This document shows positions 1 through 9,225 of a stretch of DNA of 41,132 nt, in pieces. Origin of the DNA: Candidatus Woesearchaeota archaeon. Its GTDB lineage: Archaea; Nanobdellota; Nanobdellia; Pacearchaeales; GW2011-AR1. The stretch spans positions 1-41,132 of the forward strand of contig CAZUQL010000001.1 of NCBI GenBank assembly GCA_964622565.1. The letters run 5' to 3'. Every line of letters begins with the position of its first letter. Position 1 is the stretch's first letter. The notes under the pieces are model-generated. The model was given only the letters and a program-made list of their open reading frames with translations, searched no databases and was not told the DNA's origin. The translations under genes and the position numbers were made by a program.

Positions 1-533
1 TTAAAATAAATTAAAGTTCCTCCGACCACAATTAATCCAAATGCTAATGCTGAAAAATTAAACATTATCACGTCGGTGAGTCGTTCAATGGCTCCTGCCC
101 CCCTCCCTAACTTTGAAATAAGAGAACCAGTTTTGTGGTTAGTATGAAAGTTGTGACTAAGACAGAGAATGTGATTAAAGAATTTTTGTTTTAAATCAGT
201 GATTAGTCCTGTAGACAGCCGATTAATTAAATGTATGAAAAGCCATTCAATTGCAAACTTTAAGACAATTACAACTGCAAAAATGAGGGAGAGAACTATC
301 AACGTGGAAATAAACGATTCTAATATTTGAGGATTAGTTGAGAACTCTGTTCCTTTGTCTATGATTATTTTAAATAAAAATTTGTCAACTGTATGACTTG
401 CTTCCAATAAAAAACTAAAGATGAATGTTACAATTACTAAAAGTTTGTATTTTTTTAAAAACCCCCAGTATTCACTAAGATTATGTCTGAAGTCTATTTT
501 CTCTTTGTTTGTTTTTGATATATTGTTTGACAT
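1..533 (-). CDS. ABC transporter (type-1 exporter) N-terminal transmembrane domain; the 3' part runs off the window
   Basis: Absent from the supplied track because it has no in-window stop. Reverse-strand ATG at 533-531 opens a frame that stays open to position 1: MSNNISKTNKEKIDFRHNLSEYWGFLKKYKLLVIVTFIFSFLLEASHTVDKF...FFNHILCLSHNFHTNHKTGSLISKLGRGAGAIERLTDVIMFNFSALAFGLIVVGGTLIYF. The TM spacing and the 'F..HKTGSLIS.L.R....IE' coupling-helix signature are typical of MsbA/MdlB-like ABC exporters. Confidence 0.6.
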   Translation of the reverse strand, partial: MSNNISKTNKEKIDFRHNLSEYWGFLKKYKLLVIVTFIFSFLLEASHTVDKFLFKIIIDKGTEFSTNPQILESFISTLIVLSLIFAVVIVLKFAIEWLFIHLINRLSTGLITDLKQKFFNHILCLSHNFHTNHKTGSLISKLGRGAGAIERLTDVIMFNFSALAFGLIVVGGTLIYF

Positions 534-643
534 GATGAATATAAGCTAAGCTAGAAGTAGATTATTTTATTTATAGGCAGGGAACCAAATAATCTGATAA
601 TAAATTAAATTAGAATTTTGGATTTTTAAATGTTTTGAATAAG

Positions 644-651
644 TTTAAATA
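644..651 (+). promoter_or_regulatory. TATA box (TTTAAATA) for the 673-6878 operon
   Basis: TTTAAATA is centred about 26 nt upstream of the ATG at 673. The same element and spacing recur upstream of most first genes in this window. Confidence 0.55.
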
Positions 652-672
652 ATGTTTTTTCTTTTTTTGAAT

Positions 673-2163
673 ATGCGATTTAATGTTTTAATTGGGGGTG
701 AGGCTGGGCTTGGTCCGAATCTTCTGACTGAAATTTTAGGAAGAGTTCTAGTAGAGCGAGGTTATTATGTTTTTTATTCTCGGGATTACCAAAGCTTAAT
801 TCGGGGGGGGCATAATTTTAATGTGCTAACTTTTTCAGAAGAACCTGTGAACAGTAATGATTCCAAGGTCGATATCCTTGTTTGCCTTGATGCAAAAACA
901 GAGGAAATACATCAGAAAAATTTGAATATTTCTGCAGTTATTTTGAAAGGAAGTAAAGAAAATATGTACTATGCTGGTCGGTTGTTTAAAATGTTGTGCC
1001 TGGATTTTTCAATTTTAGATAGAGAGCTAAAAAAATTGGGAAAGAGATATGAAGAAAATTTGAAAAATGCTAAGCAGGGTTATGAAGAAGAGAAAAAAGA
1101 AGTTTGTAAGATTTTAGATAAGAAAAAGAAAAATTATTTTATGAATGGAAACAAAGGAATTTCCGAAGGTGCGAAAAAATCGGGAATTGAGATTTATTAT
1201 GCTTATCCTATGACTCCTGCAACGCCGGTTTTAGGGGAGCTTGCGGAAAATCAATTAAAAGAAAATCGTCTTGTTGTTGAATTAGAAAATGAAATTGCTG
1301 TTGCAAATGCAGGAGTTGGTTCTTGTATTGCTGGAAAAAAGGTTATGGTTGGGACGTCGGGAGGAGGTTTTGATTTGATGACTGAAACTTTATCTTTGTG
1401 TGGAATTGCAGAAATTCCCTTGGTGTTTTATCTTTCTATGAGGCCTGGACCAGGAACAGGAGTTGCAACTTATACTGCCCAAGGAGATCTAAATATTGCA
1501 AGACATGCTGGACACGGAGAGTTCCCCCGGGTTGTTTTAGCTCCTGGAGATCCAGAAGAATCAATTGAACTAACTAATTCTAGTTTTTACTTTTCACATA
1601 AATTCAAAGTGCCTTCAATAATTGTTTCAGATAAACATCTTGGAGAATCTTGGTATTGTTTTAAAGAAATGCCAAAGCTGGAGAAAATTAAAGTTGAAAC
1701 AAAACTTTCAAGATTTAATTCTTATGAAGTAGATAAAGAAGGAAGTGCAACAGAAGATGCAGAGCAGATTAATAAGAATATTTTGAAAAGAAAAGAAAAA
1801 TATTTAGAAATTAAAAAAGAAGCAGAGAAATTTGAAATGTTTAAGACTTATGGAAATAAAAACTCAAAGAATGTGGTTGTTTCTTGGGGTTCACCGAAGG
1901 GGGCTATTTTAGATGCGATTAAAGACTTGAATATTTGTTTTGTTCAGGTTTTGTATATTGAACCTTTTTCTGAGAAAATTGAAGATTTAATAAAAGATAA
2001 GAATATTATCTTAGTTGAGAACAGCGCCACAGGTTTGATAGGAGATTTAATTAAAGAAAAAACAGGAATTAAAATTAAAGAAGAAAATAAGATTTTGAGG
2101 TTTGATGGACGACCGTTTTTTGCAGACGAGTTAAAGAAAGAAATTGAGGAGAAAATGAGATGA
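673..2163 (+). CDS. 2-oxoacid:ferredoxin oxidoreductase, fused gamma-alpha subunit
   Basis: The N-terminal ~165 aa (NVLIGGEAGLGPNLLTEILGRVLVERGYYVFYSRDYQSLIRGGHN) look like the OFOR gamma domain. The rest (MNGNKGISEGAKKSGIEIYYAYPMTPATPVLGELAE...GTSGGGFDLM) is the alpha subunit. I place the start at the second Met (673, MRFNVL) rather than the track's 652, because the TATA at 644-651 lies too close to 652. Confidence 0.85.
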   Translation: MRFNVLIGGEAGLGPNLLTEILGRVLVERGYYVFYSRDYQSLIRGGHNFNVLTFSEEPVNSNDSKVDILVCLDAKTEEIHQKNLNISAVILKGSKENMYYAGRLFKMLCLDFSILDRELKKLGKRYEENLKNAKQGYEEEKKEVCKILDKKKKNYFMNGNKGISEGAKKSGIEIYYAYPMTPATPVLGELAENQLKENRLVVELENEIAVANAGVGSCIAGKKVMVGTSGGGFDLMTETLSLCGIAEIPLVFYLSMRPGPGTGVATYTAQGDLNIARHAGHGEFPRVVLAPGDPEESIELTNSSFYFSHKFKVPSIIVSDKHLGESWYCFKEMPKLEKIKVETKLSRFNSYEVDKEGSATEDAEQINKNILKRKEKYLEIKKEAEKFEMFKTYGNKNSKNVVVSWGSPKGAILDAIKDLNICFVQVLYIEPFSEKIEDLIKDKNIILVENSATGLIGDLIKEKTGIKIKEENKILRFDGRPFFADELKKEIEEKMR

Positions 2164-2696
2164 AATTGATCGTTCTCTATGGTCCCCCTGCTTCAGGGAA
2201 GATGAGTATAGCCAAAGAACTTTGTAAAATAACTAAAGCAAAATTTTTTCCCCATAATGTAATTTTTGATTTAATTAATCCTCTTTTTGGAGATCCAAGA
2301 AAAAATCATTTTATGTGGGATTTATACGAAGAAATAAAGATTAAGATTATAAAAACAGCGAAGAGAAAAAATGTTAATTTGGTTTTAACAGAGATTTACA
2401 ATAAACCAGTAAGTGATGAGAGGCTTGAAGATTTTATTAATGAGCTTAATGTGATGAAAGTTTCAGCCCAGTTTGTCAAAATTTATTGTAATGAAGAAGA
2501 ATTATTAGAGAGGGTTGAAAACAAGGATAGAAAAAACACAAAAAAATTAAATTCAAGAGGGGAGTATCAAAGAATACTTAAAAAGGCAAATCTTAATTCT
2601 ACTATTCCTTTTATTAGAAGTCTGATTATAGATAATACAATAAAATCACCAAAACAAGTTGCGAGCGAGATAAAAAAGAAATTAAAACTAAAATGA
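2160..2696 (+). CDS. P-loop NTPase, small kinase-like (AAA_33-like) protein
   Basis: Walker A motif LYGPPASGKMSIAKEL at the N-terminus. The ~178 aa size is typical of small-molecule or nucleotide kinase-fold proteins. ATGA overlap with the upstream gene. Confidence 0.6.
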   Translation: MKLIVLYGPPASGKMSIAKELCKITKAKFFPHNVIFDLINPLFGDPRKNHFMWDLYEEIKIKIIKTAKRKNVNLVLTEIYNKPVSDERLEDFINELNVMKVSAQFVKIYCNEEELLERVENKDRKNTKKLNSRGEYQRILKKANLNSTIPFIRSLIIDNTIKSPKQVASEIKKKLKLK

Positions 2697-3037
2697 AAAT
2701 TCAAATTAAACATTTAATTTACACAGGGATTTTAATGATAGTTGGGACGCTGTTGTTTAAAATTCTTCCGATGTATCTTTATGGGGAGGATATTTTATTT
2801 GATGCGTCGCGTCATATTATAGTTTTGAGTTTTGGGCTTTATGGGTTGTATTATTTGATTCAGAATAAGGAGAGTTGGAGAATTTATTATGCAATTTTTT
2901 CAGCAATGATTTTGGGAGTTATTGCAGTTCAGAGAATTATTGTTGGGGCACATAATGAATATGGTGTTTTAATGGGATTTGCAGTTGCAGGGTTTTCAAT
3001 ACTCTTTCCCTTGTGGGTGGGGGGAAGATTAAGATGA
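2693..3037 (+). CDS. Small integral membrane protein (weak PAP2-like C-terminal motif)
   Basis: Four hydrophobic segments. QRIIVGAHNEYGVLMGFAVAG weakly resembles the SRxxxxxHxxxD motif of PAP2 phosphatases, but the other PAP2 motifs are not evident. ATGA overlap on both sides. Confidence 0.5.
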   Translation: MKIQIKHLIYTGILMIVGTLLFKILPMYLYGEDILFDASRHIIVLSFGLYGLYYLIQNKESWRIYYAIFSAMILGVIAVQRIIVGAHNEYGVLMGFAVAGFSILFPLWVGGRLR

Positions 3038-3609
3038 AAAAGCTTTATTTAATTCATGGTTGGGGAGGAAGGGCGGAGGGAGGTTGGTTTGATTTTTTAA
3101 AAAAAGAATTAAAGCAGAAAGAATGGATTGTTGAAGCATTTGATATGCCCGATACAAATCATCCCAGAATAGAAGAGTGGGTAAAGCACCTTGAGAAGAA
3201 AGTTAAAAAGATTGATGAGGAAACATACTTTTTAGGACACAGTATTGGATGTCAGACAATAATGAGATTTCTTGAAAAATTACCTAAACACCAAAAAATC
3301 GGAGGGGTGATATTTATTGCGGGCTGGTTTAATCTAAAGAATGATTCATATGAGAGCCAAGAAGAAATAAAGATAGCAGAACCATGGATTAATTTTGAAA
3401 TAGATTATGAAAGAGTTACAAGACCTACTTTAAATTTCCTCGCAATATTTTCGGAAGATGATCCTTTCGTTCCAAAGGAGGATATTGATTTATTCAAAAA
3501 AAGATTAAATGCAAAAACTATCTTATTAAATAATAAAGGTCATTTTGACACCTTAGAAGAATTTGAGGAAGCTTATCCCCATATAGAAAGGTGGTTGAAG
3601 TTAAAATGA
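3034..3609 (+). CDS. Alpha/beta hydrolase, YdeN/RBBP9 serine-hydrolase family
   Basis: LYLIHGWGG...WF..LKKEL, nucleophile elbow GHSIGCQTI, SEDDPFVP and GHF align along the full length with my recollection of B. subtilis YdeN. Start moved to 3034 (MKKLYLIHG), which forms an ATGA overlap with the upstream stop. Confidence 0.7.
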   Translation: MKKLYLIHGWGGRAEGGWFDFLKKELKQKEWIVEAFDMPDTNHPRIEEWVKHLEKKVKKIDEETYFLGHSIGCQTIMRFLEKLPKHQKIGGVIFIAGWFNLKNDSYESQEEIKIAEPWINFEIDYERVTRPTLNFLAIFSEDDPFVPKEDIDLFKKRLNAKTILLNNKGHFDTLEEFEEAYPHIERWLKLK

Positions 3610-4388
3610 AAACTTACAAGATACCTAATTTTAAAAAAATTTTAAAGCCAAGGTGGTCACATAAACCTGGTTTTGGAATGAATAAAAATTTTGAGCATCA
3701 TAGAAGAAAATCATTTCAGCAATCAACATCTCCTGAAGATGAGAGGTTGTTAAAAAAACTTGGAATAAAAAAAGAAGATAAAGTTTTAGCAGTTGCAGGT
3801 TATTATGCCTCTTGGGCTTCTGCGATTGCAAGATTAGAAGTAAATGTAGCGTACTCAGATATTTCTAGTTCAATTGTATCTTGGGCAAAAAAAGAGTATG
3901 GAAAACTTTTTTCAAAGTATATTTGTAGTAATTATGAATTGATTCCAAAAAAAGAAAATCAGTATGATTGGGCATTTACATTCGAGGCGTGTGGAGGAGG
4001 AAGTGGTTTGCCTATTGCATATTTAAGGTCATTACTAAATAAGAAGGGGGGGATTTTGGTTTACCATTTAAGATATGGAAAAGATAAAAAGAAAATGGGA
4101 AGTAAACCTCGAATGTATCCCTTGATTGTTAAAACTCTTTCAGGGATTTATGGAGCAAAGTATATTGTTAAAGGAATAAATGTAAAAAGCCATCAATTTG
4201 AAAAACCCACAAAAATGATTCCTCATAAGATTTGTATAATTAAAACAAATTCAAAGGCAAGAACTAAAGCAATGGAAGACATTGTTGCTCTGGAGAGAAA
4301 TAAATTTACAGAAGACACGTTAAAAAGATTAAATAAATTGGCAAATATCCTTTCTGAAGAATACACTAGGAAGGTGAAAGTTAAATGA
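3606..4388 (+). CDS. Hypothetical protein with a degenerate class I methyltransferase-like fold
   Basis: KVLAVAGYYASWASAIA...VAYSDIS...YDWAFTFEA...KKGGILVY follows the beta-strand and acidic-residue spacing of Rossmann-fold SAM methyltransferases, but the Gly-rich motif I is missing. Start set at 3606 (ATGA overlap). Confidence 0.45.
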   Translation: MKTYKIPNFKKILKPRWSHKPGFGMNKNFEHHRRKSFQQSTSPEDERLLKKLGIKKEDKVLAVAGYYASWASAIARLEVNVAYSDISSSIVSWAKKEYGKLFSKYICSNYELIPKKENQYDWAFTFEACGGGSGLPIAYLRSLLNKKGGILVYHLRYGKDKKKMGSKPRMYPLIVKTLSGIYGAKYIVKGINVKSHQFEKPTKMIPHKICIIKTNSKARTKAMEDIVALERNKFTEDTLKRLNKLANILSEEYTRKVKVK

Positions 4389-4939
4389 AAATTGAAACAA
4401 AAAGGCTGATATTAAGACCAATACAAAAATCAGATAAAAAAAGTTTAATCGAAAATATAAACAATATTAAAATTTCGCAATGGCTTGAACTAGTGCCGTT
4501 TCCATATACAGAAGCAGATGCAGATTGGTGGATAAATCATTGTCAAGAATTGGAAAAAGAAGAAGAGAAAAAATCTTATGAATTTGTAATAATATTAAAT
4601 GAAACTGGCGAAGATATTGGGGGAATTACCTTAGCAGAAATAAACAAAGAGCAAGGAACCGCGACCTTAGGTTATTGGATTGGAGAGGGGCATTGGAGAA
4701 AGGGTTATGGTTCAGAAGCTCTTGACGCAGTTTTAAAATTAGCTTTTGAAAAATTAAAATTAAGAAGAATAGAAGCAGGAGTTTATGCAGGAAATCAGAG
4801 TTCAGGAAGATTGCTTGAAAAGTTTGGAGCAAAAGAGGAGGGAAGAAAAATAGAAGCTAAAGTCTGCAAAGCTGACGGAAAAATTAAAGATGAAATTGTG
4901 TATGGATTGTTAAAAGAAGATTGGAAGGCGTTGGAATGA
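4385..4939 (+). CDS. GNAT family N-acetyltransferase (RimJ/RimL-like)
   Basis: KRLILRPIQKSD... start, GYWIGEGHWRKGYGSEALDAVLKLAF acetyl-CoA motif, and NQSSGRLLEKFGAKEEG. This is the typical RimJ/L subfamily layout. Confidence 0.8.
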   Translation: MKIETKRLILRPIQKSDKKSLIENINNIKISQWLELVPFPYTEADADWWINHCQELEKEEEKKSYEFVIILNETGEDIGGITLAEINKEQGTATLGYWIGEGHWRKGYGSEALDAVLKLAFEKLKLRRIEAGVYAGNQSSGRLLEKFGAKEEGRKIEAKVCKADGKIKDEIVYGLLKEDWKALE

Positions 4940-6099
4940 AAACAAAATTTATTTTTCCAAATTACACAGGGGGAGGTTTGATAAATTTAATGGCTTCTAT
5001 TGAGAATTGTTTCGGGGGTAAATCAAAATATAATGAATTAAGATTACTAAAATCAAAAGAAATTAAATCTAAGAATGTCGTATTAATTATCTTTGATGGA
5101 ATGGGGTATGAATTTTTTAGAAAATACTTAATGAAATCTTCATTAGCGCCATACCTAAAAGGAAATATTACTTCTGTTTTACCTGCTGGCACAACATCTG
5201 CAATATCTACTGTTTATACCGGAATGTTGCCCATCGAAACAGGAATGGTGGGATGGTACACTTTCTTAAGGGGGTTAGGGGTTATTAGTGTGGGTATACC
5301 TTATCAAGCAAGATTCTCAAAAGAAAGCTTAGGGGAATACTCTGATATAAATGATGTTTACTCTATCAAACCCCTCTCTAATAGAATTAAGAGAGATTCG
5401 TATACTATTATGCCAAAAGATCTCAAAAAAAGTTCTTTCAATAATTCGTCTACTGGAAAATCAACCCCCCTTTATTATAAAAGTCATTCTGAAATGTTTA
5501 AGAAAATTTTAAAAAAGGTAAGAAAGTCAAATAAAAAATATATCTATGCTTACTCTCCATACCCCGATAAATTTCTTCATGGTCATGGAGAAGGAGAAAA
5601 AGTTTTAGATGAAATGAAAAAGATAGAAAAAGCATTTTCAAAATTTTTAAAGAAAATAAAAAATACAGATACAACAATCATCGTAACTGCAGACCACGGA
5701 CTTAAGAGAGTTAAAAAGAGATTAATTAAAGAAGAACACCCTGAATTAGACGATTGTTTAACAATGCCCATCTGTGGAGAAAGTGGATTAGGATATTGTT
5801 ATGTTAAATCGGGAAAAGAAAAAAAATTTGAGAAAATAATTAAAACAAAATTTAAGAATTATTGTGATATTTTTAAATCAGAAGACTTTGTAAAAAAAGG
5901 ATATTTTGGAAAAGCAAAAGAGCATGGAGAATTTAGGAACCGAATTGGAGATTATGTACTAGTGTTTAAAGAAAATCATGGAAATGGAAGTAAATTAATT
6001 AATTCTTCAACTACTAAAAATATATTTAGCCATGGGGGAATGACTAAAGAAGAAATGCTTGTTCCACTCATTGTAATAAAACCAGGAGATTTAAAATGA
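4936..6099 (+). CDS. Alkaline-phosphatase superfamily protein (type I phosphodiesterase/nucleotide pyrophosphatase-like)
   Basis: VVLIIFDGMGYEFF metal site, nucleophile region PAGTTSAISTVYTGMLP, TADHGL, and SHGGMTKEEMLVPLIV. Start set at 4936 (ATGA overlap). Confidence 0.7.
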   Translation: MKTKFIFPNYTGGGLINLMASIENCFGGKSKYNELRLLKSKEIKSKNVVLIIFDGMGYEFFRKYLMKSSLAPYLKGNITSVLPAGTTSAISTVYTGMLPIETGMVGWYTFLRGLGVISVGIPYQARFSKESLGEYSDINDVYSIKPLSNRIKRDSYTIMPKDLKKSSFNNSSTGKSTPLYYKSHSEMFKKILKKVRKSNKKYIYAYSPYPDKFLHGHGEGEKVLDEMKKIEKAFSKFLKKIKNTDTTIIVTADHGLKRVKKRLIKEEHPELDDCLTMPICGESGLGYCYVKSGKEKKFEKIIKTKFKNYCDIFKSEDFVKKGYFGKAKEHGEFRNRIGDYVLVFKENHGNGSKLINSSTTKNIFSHGGMTKEEMLVPLIVIKPGDLK

Positions 6100-6878
6100 C
6101 TCCCAAAAACTTAAACACAACAACAACCCCAACGTGGTGTCCAGGATGTTTTAATTTTCAGATACTTGCAGGTATGAAAAATGTTTTAAAGGATTTGAAA
6201 GGTGAGACTGCAATTGTAACTGGAATTGGCTGTCATGCTAAAATGTTTGATTATATTAATTTGCCGGGAATTAATTCACTTCATGGAAGAGTTCCGCCTA
6301 CTTGCTTAGGTTTGAAGATTGCAAATCCTAAATTAAATGTGTTTGGTTTTTCAGGAGACGGAGATGCTTATGCAGAGGGTTTTGCACACACGCTTCACGC
6401 AGCACGTTATAATTCTAATTTTAAATATTTTGTTCAGAATAATCAAGTTTTTGCGTTAACTGTTGGACAACCGACGCCAGTTTCAGAAAAGGGATATTCA
6501 GATAAAACAATGCCGTTGGGGGTGAAGACTCTTCCGATGAATCCGATTAAACTTATGTTGGCGGCGGGGGCGAGTTTTGTTGCGCGTGTTTTTGCTGATG
6601 TAAAACAAATTGAAGAGATAACTAAAGAAGCGATGAAGCATAAGGGGTTTGCGTTTATAGAAATTTTACAACCGTGTATAATCTTTCATGCAGACAAGGG
6701 TTACAAAGAAAAAACTTATAACTTACAAAACGCAGGACATGACAAAACAAATTTAAGAGGGGCAATGGAACGAGCAGAGGAGTTTGATTATAATTTGATT
6801 AATGAAAAAACAAAGATTCCTCTTGGAATATTTTATCAAAAAGAGCGCGAGATTTTTGAGGATGAGATTCGGAAATAG
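6096..6878 (+). CDS. 2-oxoacid:ferredoxin oxidoreductase beta (TPP-binding) subunit
   Basis: WCPGCFNFQI cluster-binding start, GIGCH, and the TPP motif GDGDAYAEG...N. ATGA overlap with the upstream gene. Confidence 0.85.
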   Translation: MTPKNLNTTTTPTWCPGCFNFQILAGMKNVLKDLKGETAIVTGIGCHAKMFDYINLPGINSLHGRVPPTCLGLKIANPKLNVFGFSGDGDAYAEGFAHTLHAARYNSNFKYFVQNNQVFALTVGQPTPVSEKGYSDKTMPLGVKTLPMNPIKLMLAAGASFVARVFADVKQIEEITKEAMKHKGFAFIEILQPCIIFHADKGYKEKTYNLQNAGHDKTNLRGAMERAEEFDYNLINEKTKIPLGIFYQKEREIFEDEIRK

Positions 6879-6879
6879 T

Positions 6880-7353
6880 TTAATATCCCAATACTAACTT
6901 TCTGGCGTTTCTTGATGCATAAGTCATGCTTTCATAAATTCTTGCTTTATAATTTATTCCTTCTCCGCTCCCAAAAGTAAATTGAAGATGTAGGGGGTTT
7001 GTCCCATGAATTGAGGTAAAAATATCTAAGAAAGAATTATCGCAATGAGTGAATGCACTTCTTCCTAAATCATTAAAATTTATTTTAACTATGCTTTTTC
7101 TATCTTTCTTCTGATCAATCTCTTCCCATCCATAAGAATGTACCATTAAACTATATCTTCTAACATTTAACTCTGACTCTTCATCTTCCGGATGCACCGC
7201 TTGAACAAATTGAGGAGATCCTTCTTTAAAATCTGCTAAATATGGAATAGCTAAAGGATTTTTTAATGCATGTTCTACAACCCCAAAAACATCATGGGGG
7301 GTTCCTTCATTGAGAATAACTCTTAAGTTATCCAGTTGAGTTCGAGTTAACAT
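6880..7353 (-). CDS. Hypothetical soluble protein (orphan)
   Basis: 157-aa ORF with no recognisable motif. A reverse-strand TATA-like TTTATTAA (7375-7382) is centred about 25 nt upstream of the ATG, so a leaderless transcript is plausible. Confidence 0.5.
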   Translation of the reverse strand: MLTRTQLDNLRVILNEGTPHDVFGVVEHALKNPLAIPYLADFKEGSPQFVQAVHPEDEESELNVRRYSLMVHSYGWEEIDQKKDRKSIVKINFNDLGRSAFTHCDNSFLDIFTSIHGTNPLHLQFTFGSGEGINYKARIYESMTYASRNARKLVLGY

Positions 7354-7469
7354 AATAAAAAAATTATTCCTTTCTTAATAAAGATTATTGTTCCAGAAGG
7401 GTTATTTCCCAAATACACAATCGCTCAAAGAAAATGTTTAAATAGGTTTTTACTCTCTTTTAATATTAA

Positions 7470-7874
7470 ATGGCAGGCAACCAAATAGATCCCAATAAAA
7501 GAATAATGGTGGTTGATGATTTTGAAAGATGGAGGTCTGTGGCAGGGGATAGTTTAGCAAGTTGGGGTTTTAGGGAGGTGAGATATTTTTATGATGTGTC
7601 CTCTGCCCTAGGGGATTATTCCAGATATCTTCCGCATTTAGCATTTTTAGATGTAAACTTCGATCCTTCAAATCCCGGACTTTCTGGAAATATGGATGGA
7701 TTATATTTATGCGAAAGGTTGAGAGAATTAGACAATCAATTAGTTATTGCTGTTATGAGCAGCATGTCCGAAGCTCAAGATTTAGCAATGCAAAAAGGCG
7801 CTAATGGATTCATATTGAAAAGGAATTTTGTTTCAGATTTTGATAAATTTATGGAAGAGTGCTCTAAAAGATGA
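7470..7874 (+). CDS. Stand-alone response-regulator receiver (CheY-like REC) domain
   Basis: RIMVVDDFE (acidic pocket), LAFLDVNF (phospho-acceptor Asp position), VMSSMS (conserved Ser/Thr) and GFILKR (conserved Lys). No output domain. TATA TTTAAATA at 7437-7444. Confidence 0.7.
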   Translation: MAGNQIDPNKRIMVVDDFERWRSVAGDSLASWGFREVRYFYDVSSALGDYSRYLPHLAFLDVNFDPSNPGLSGNMDGLYLCERLRELDNQLVIAVMSSMSEAQDLAMQKGANGFILKRNFVSDFDKFMEECSKR

Positions 7875-8329
7875 TTGAATTAATGAAATATACTTATTTG
7901 ATGGAACCTGAAAAAATCAAAGAAGAATTGAATAGTCTATGGACTAAGTACAAAAAAATATTGTTGGATAAAGATTCAATCTGGGAAGAATTAAACAAAG
8001 CGAGAGCAATCTTGTTCTTAACTGGACAAGTGTACTGTGAGCAAATCGCGGTTGATGCGATTGAAAGAAGGTTGCATTTATTAAAACAAAAATTAACTCT
8101 CTTAGGGTTTTTAGATCTAATAGATAAAGAATCTAAGGACTTGCCTGAACTAAGAAAAGACGATTTATTTTCCAAATTAGAAAAATTTTATCGAGTTATA
8201 AAAAGCTATAAAAATAAATATGAAAAAGGCAAATACTATCTTGAAGAAGAAAAATTTATTGAAGAATATAATAAAAAGAATCCAAACAAAAGCTTGAAAA
8301 TGGGCTACAGGGGGAAATTTAAGAAGTAA
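7871..8329 (+). CDS. Hypothetical Lys/Glu-rich, probably helical or coiled-coil protein, coupled to the REC gene
   Basis: ATGA overlap with the REC gene stop. 152 aa with no recognisable motif. Confidence 0.5.
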   Translation: MIELMKYTYLMEPEKIKEELNSLWTKYKKILLDKDSIWEELNKARAILFLTGQVYCEQIAVDAIERRLHLLKQKLTLLGFLDLIDKESKDLPELRKDDLFSKLEKFYRVIKSYKNKYEKGKYYLEEEKFIEEYNKKNPNKSLKMGYRGKFKK

Positions 8330-8849
8330 GTTCATACACTTTGAGTAATTCCATAAAGACTTTCTTTTCCCCAACTTTCTTCTTTTTCCAAGTTCCCCAT
8401 TTTATTCCTTTAGTTAAATTAGAAACTAGAAGAAAAATTTTGCCGTCTTTTGATAAATTTTTTTTGGCTTGTTTCAAGAATCGATTAATTACTTCTGAAC
8501 CTTGTTTTCCCCCGGTTGTTGCTAGTTGTGATTCTTCTGGTTCTTGTAAATCTTCTGGAAGATACGGAGGATTAAATATGATTAAATCAAATCTTTCTTT
8601 TATTTTTTTAAATAAGTTTGACTTAATGCACGAAAATCCTAAAGATTTACAATGGCAAACTGCTTCATTATCAATGTCTGAGGAAGAAATATTTTTCACT
8701 CCAAAGGTTTTTGCTGTTTGAAGGTGGATTCCTGAACCTGCTCCGATCTCAAGAAATTTTAAATTGGGATTTTTCTGCAAAAGTCCGGGGAGTTTTTGTT
8801 TTAAAATTTCAAACATTAAAAAAGAATCTTCTGCTGGGGGATATATCAT
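8319..8849 (-). CDS. HemK-related (Mtq2-type) N5-glutamine methyltransferase
   Basis: YPPAEDSFL start, SAM motif LEIGAGSGI, and catalytic IIFNPPYLP (NPPY). Confidence 0.75.
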   Translation of the reverse strand: MIYPPAEDSFLMFEILKQKLPGLLQKNPNLKFLEIGAGSGIHLQTAKTFGVKNISSSDIDNEAVCHCKSLGFSCIKSNLFKKIKERFDLIIFNPPYLPEDLQEPEESQLATTGGKQGSEVINRFLKQAKKNLSKDGKIFLLVSNLTKGIKWGTWKKKKVGEKKVFMELLKVYELTS

Positions 8850-9182
8850 TTAAACTCCTAAAACTAAATAACCTAAAACTCCAATTAAGCTTGCTAAGAT
8901 AATAACTAAAATCATCACAAATATCCAACCTTTGAAAAAGCCTTTTGGTTTTAAGTTTTGTTTTGTCCCGTAATCTGAAATTTTTGGAGTTATTTTTTTT
9001 AGTTCTTGAGGACGAGAAACAGGGGAGGTATTTTGAATCGGCGTTTCATTGAATGATCTCATTGCAGAATTAACTTCTTGTGCTGAATAGCCAGCGTTGA
9101 TAAATGATTGTGCAGCTTGTTCTTTTGACTGGCCCTTTACAAGAGCGTATTTTATTCCTTGGATAATAAATTCTTCTGACAT
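8850..9182 (-). CDS. Hypothetical tail-anchored membrane protein
   Basis: Soluble N-terminus and a single C-terminal TM segment (WIFVMILVIILASLIGVLGYLVLGV). Abuts the start of the Mtq2-like gene. Confidence 0.5.
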   Translation of the reverse strand: MSEEFIIQGIKYALVKGQSKEQAAQSFINAGYSAQEVNSAMRSFNETPIQNTSPVSRPQELKKITPKISDYGTKQNLKPKGFFKGWIFVMILVIILASLIGVLGYLVLGV

Positions 9183-9225
9183 TTTAATTTAAGTAAATTC
9201 AAATTTATTAATGTTTAGTTTAGAA

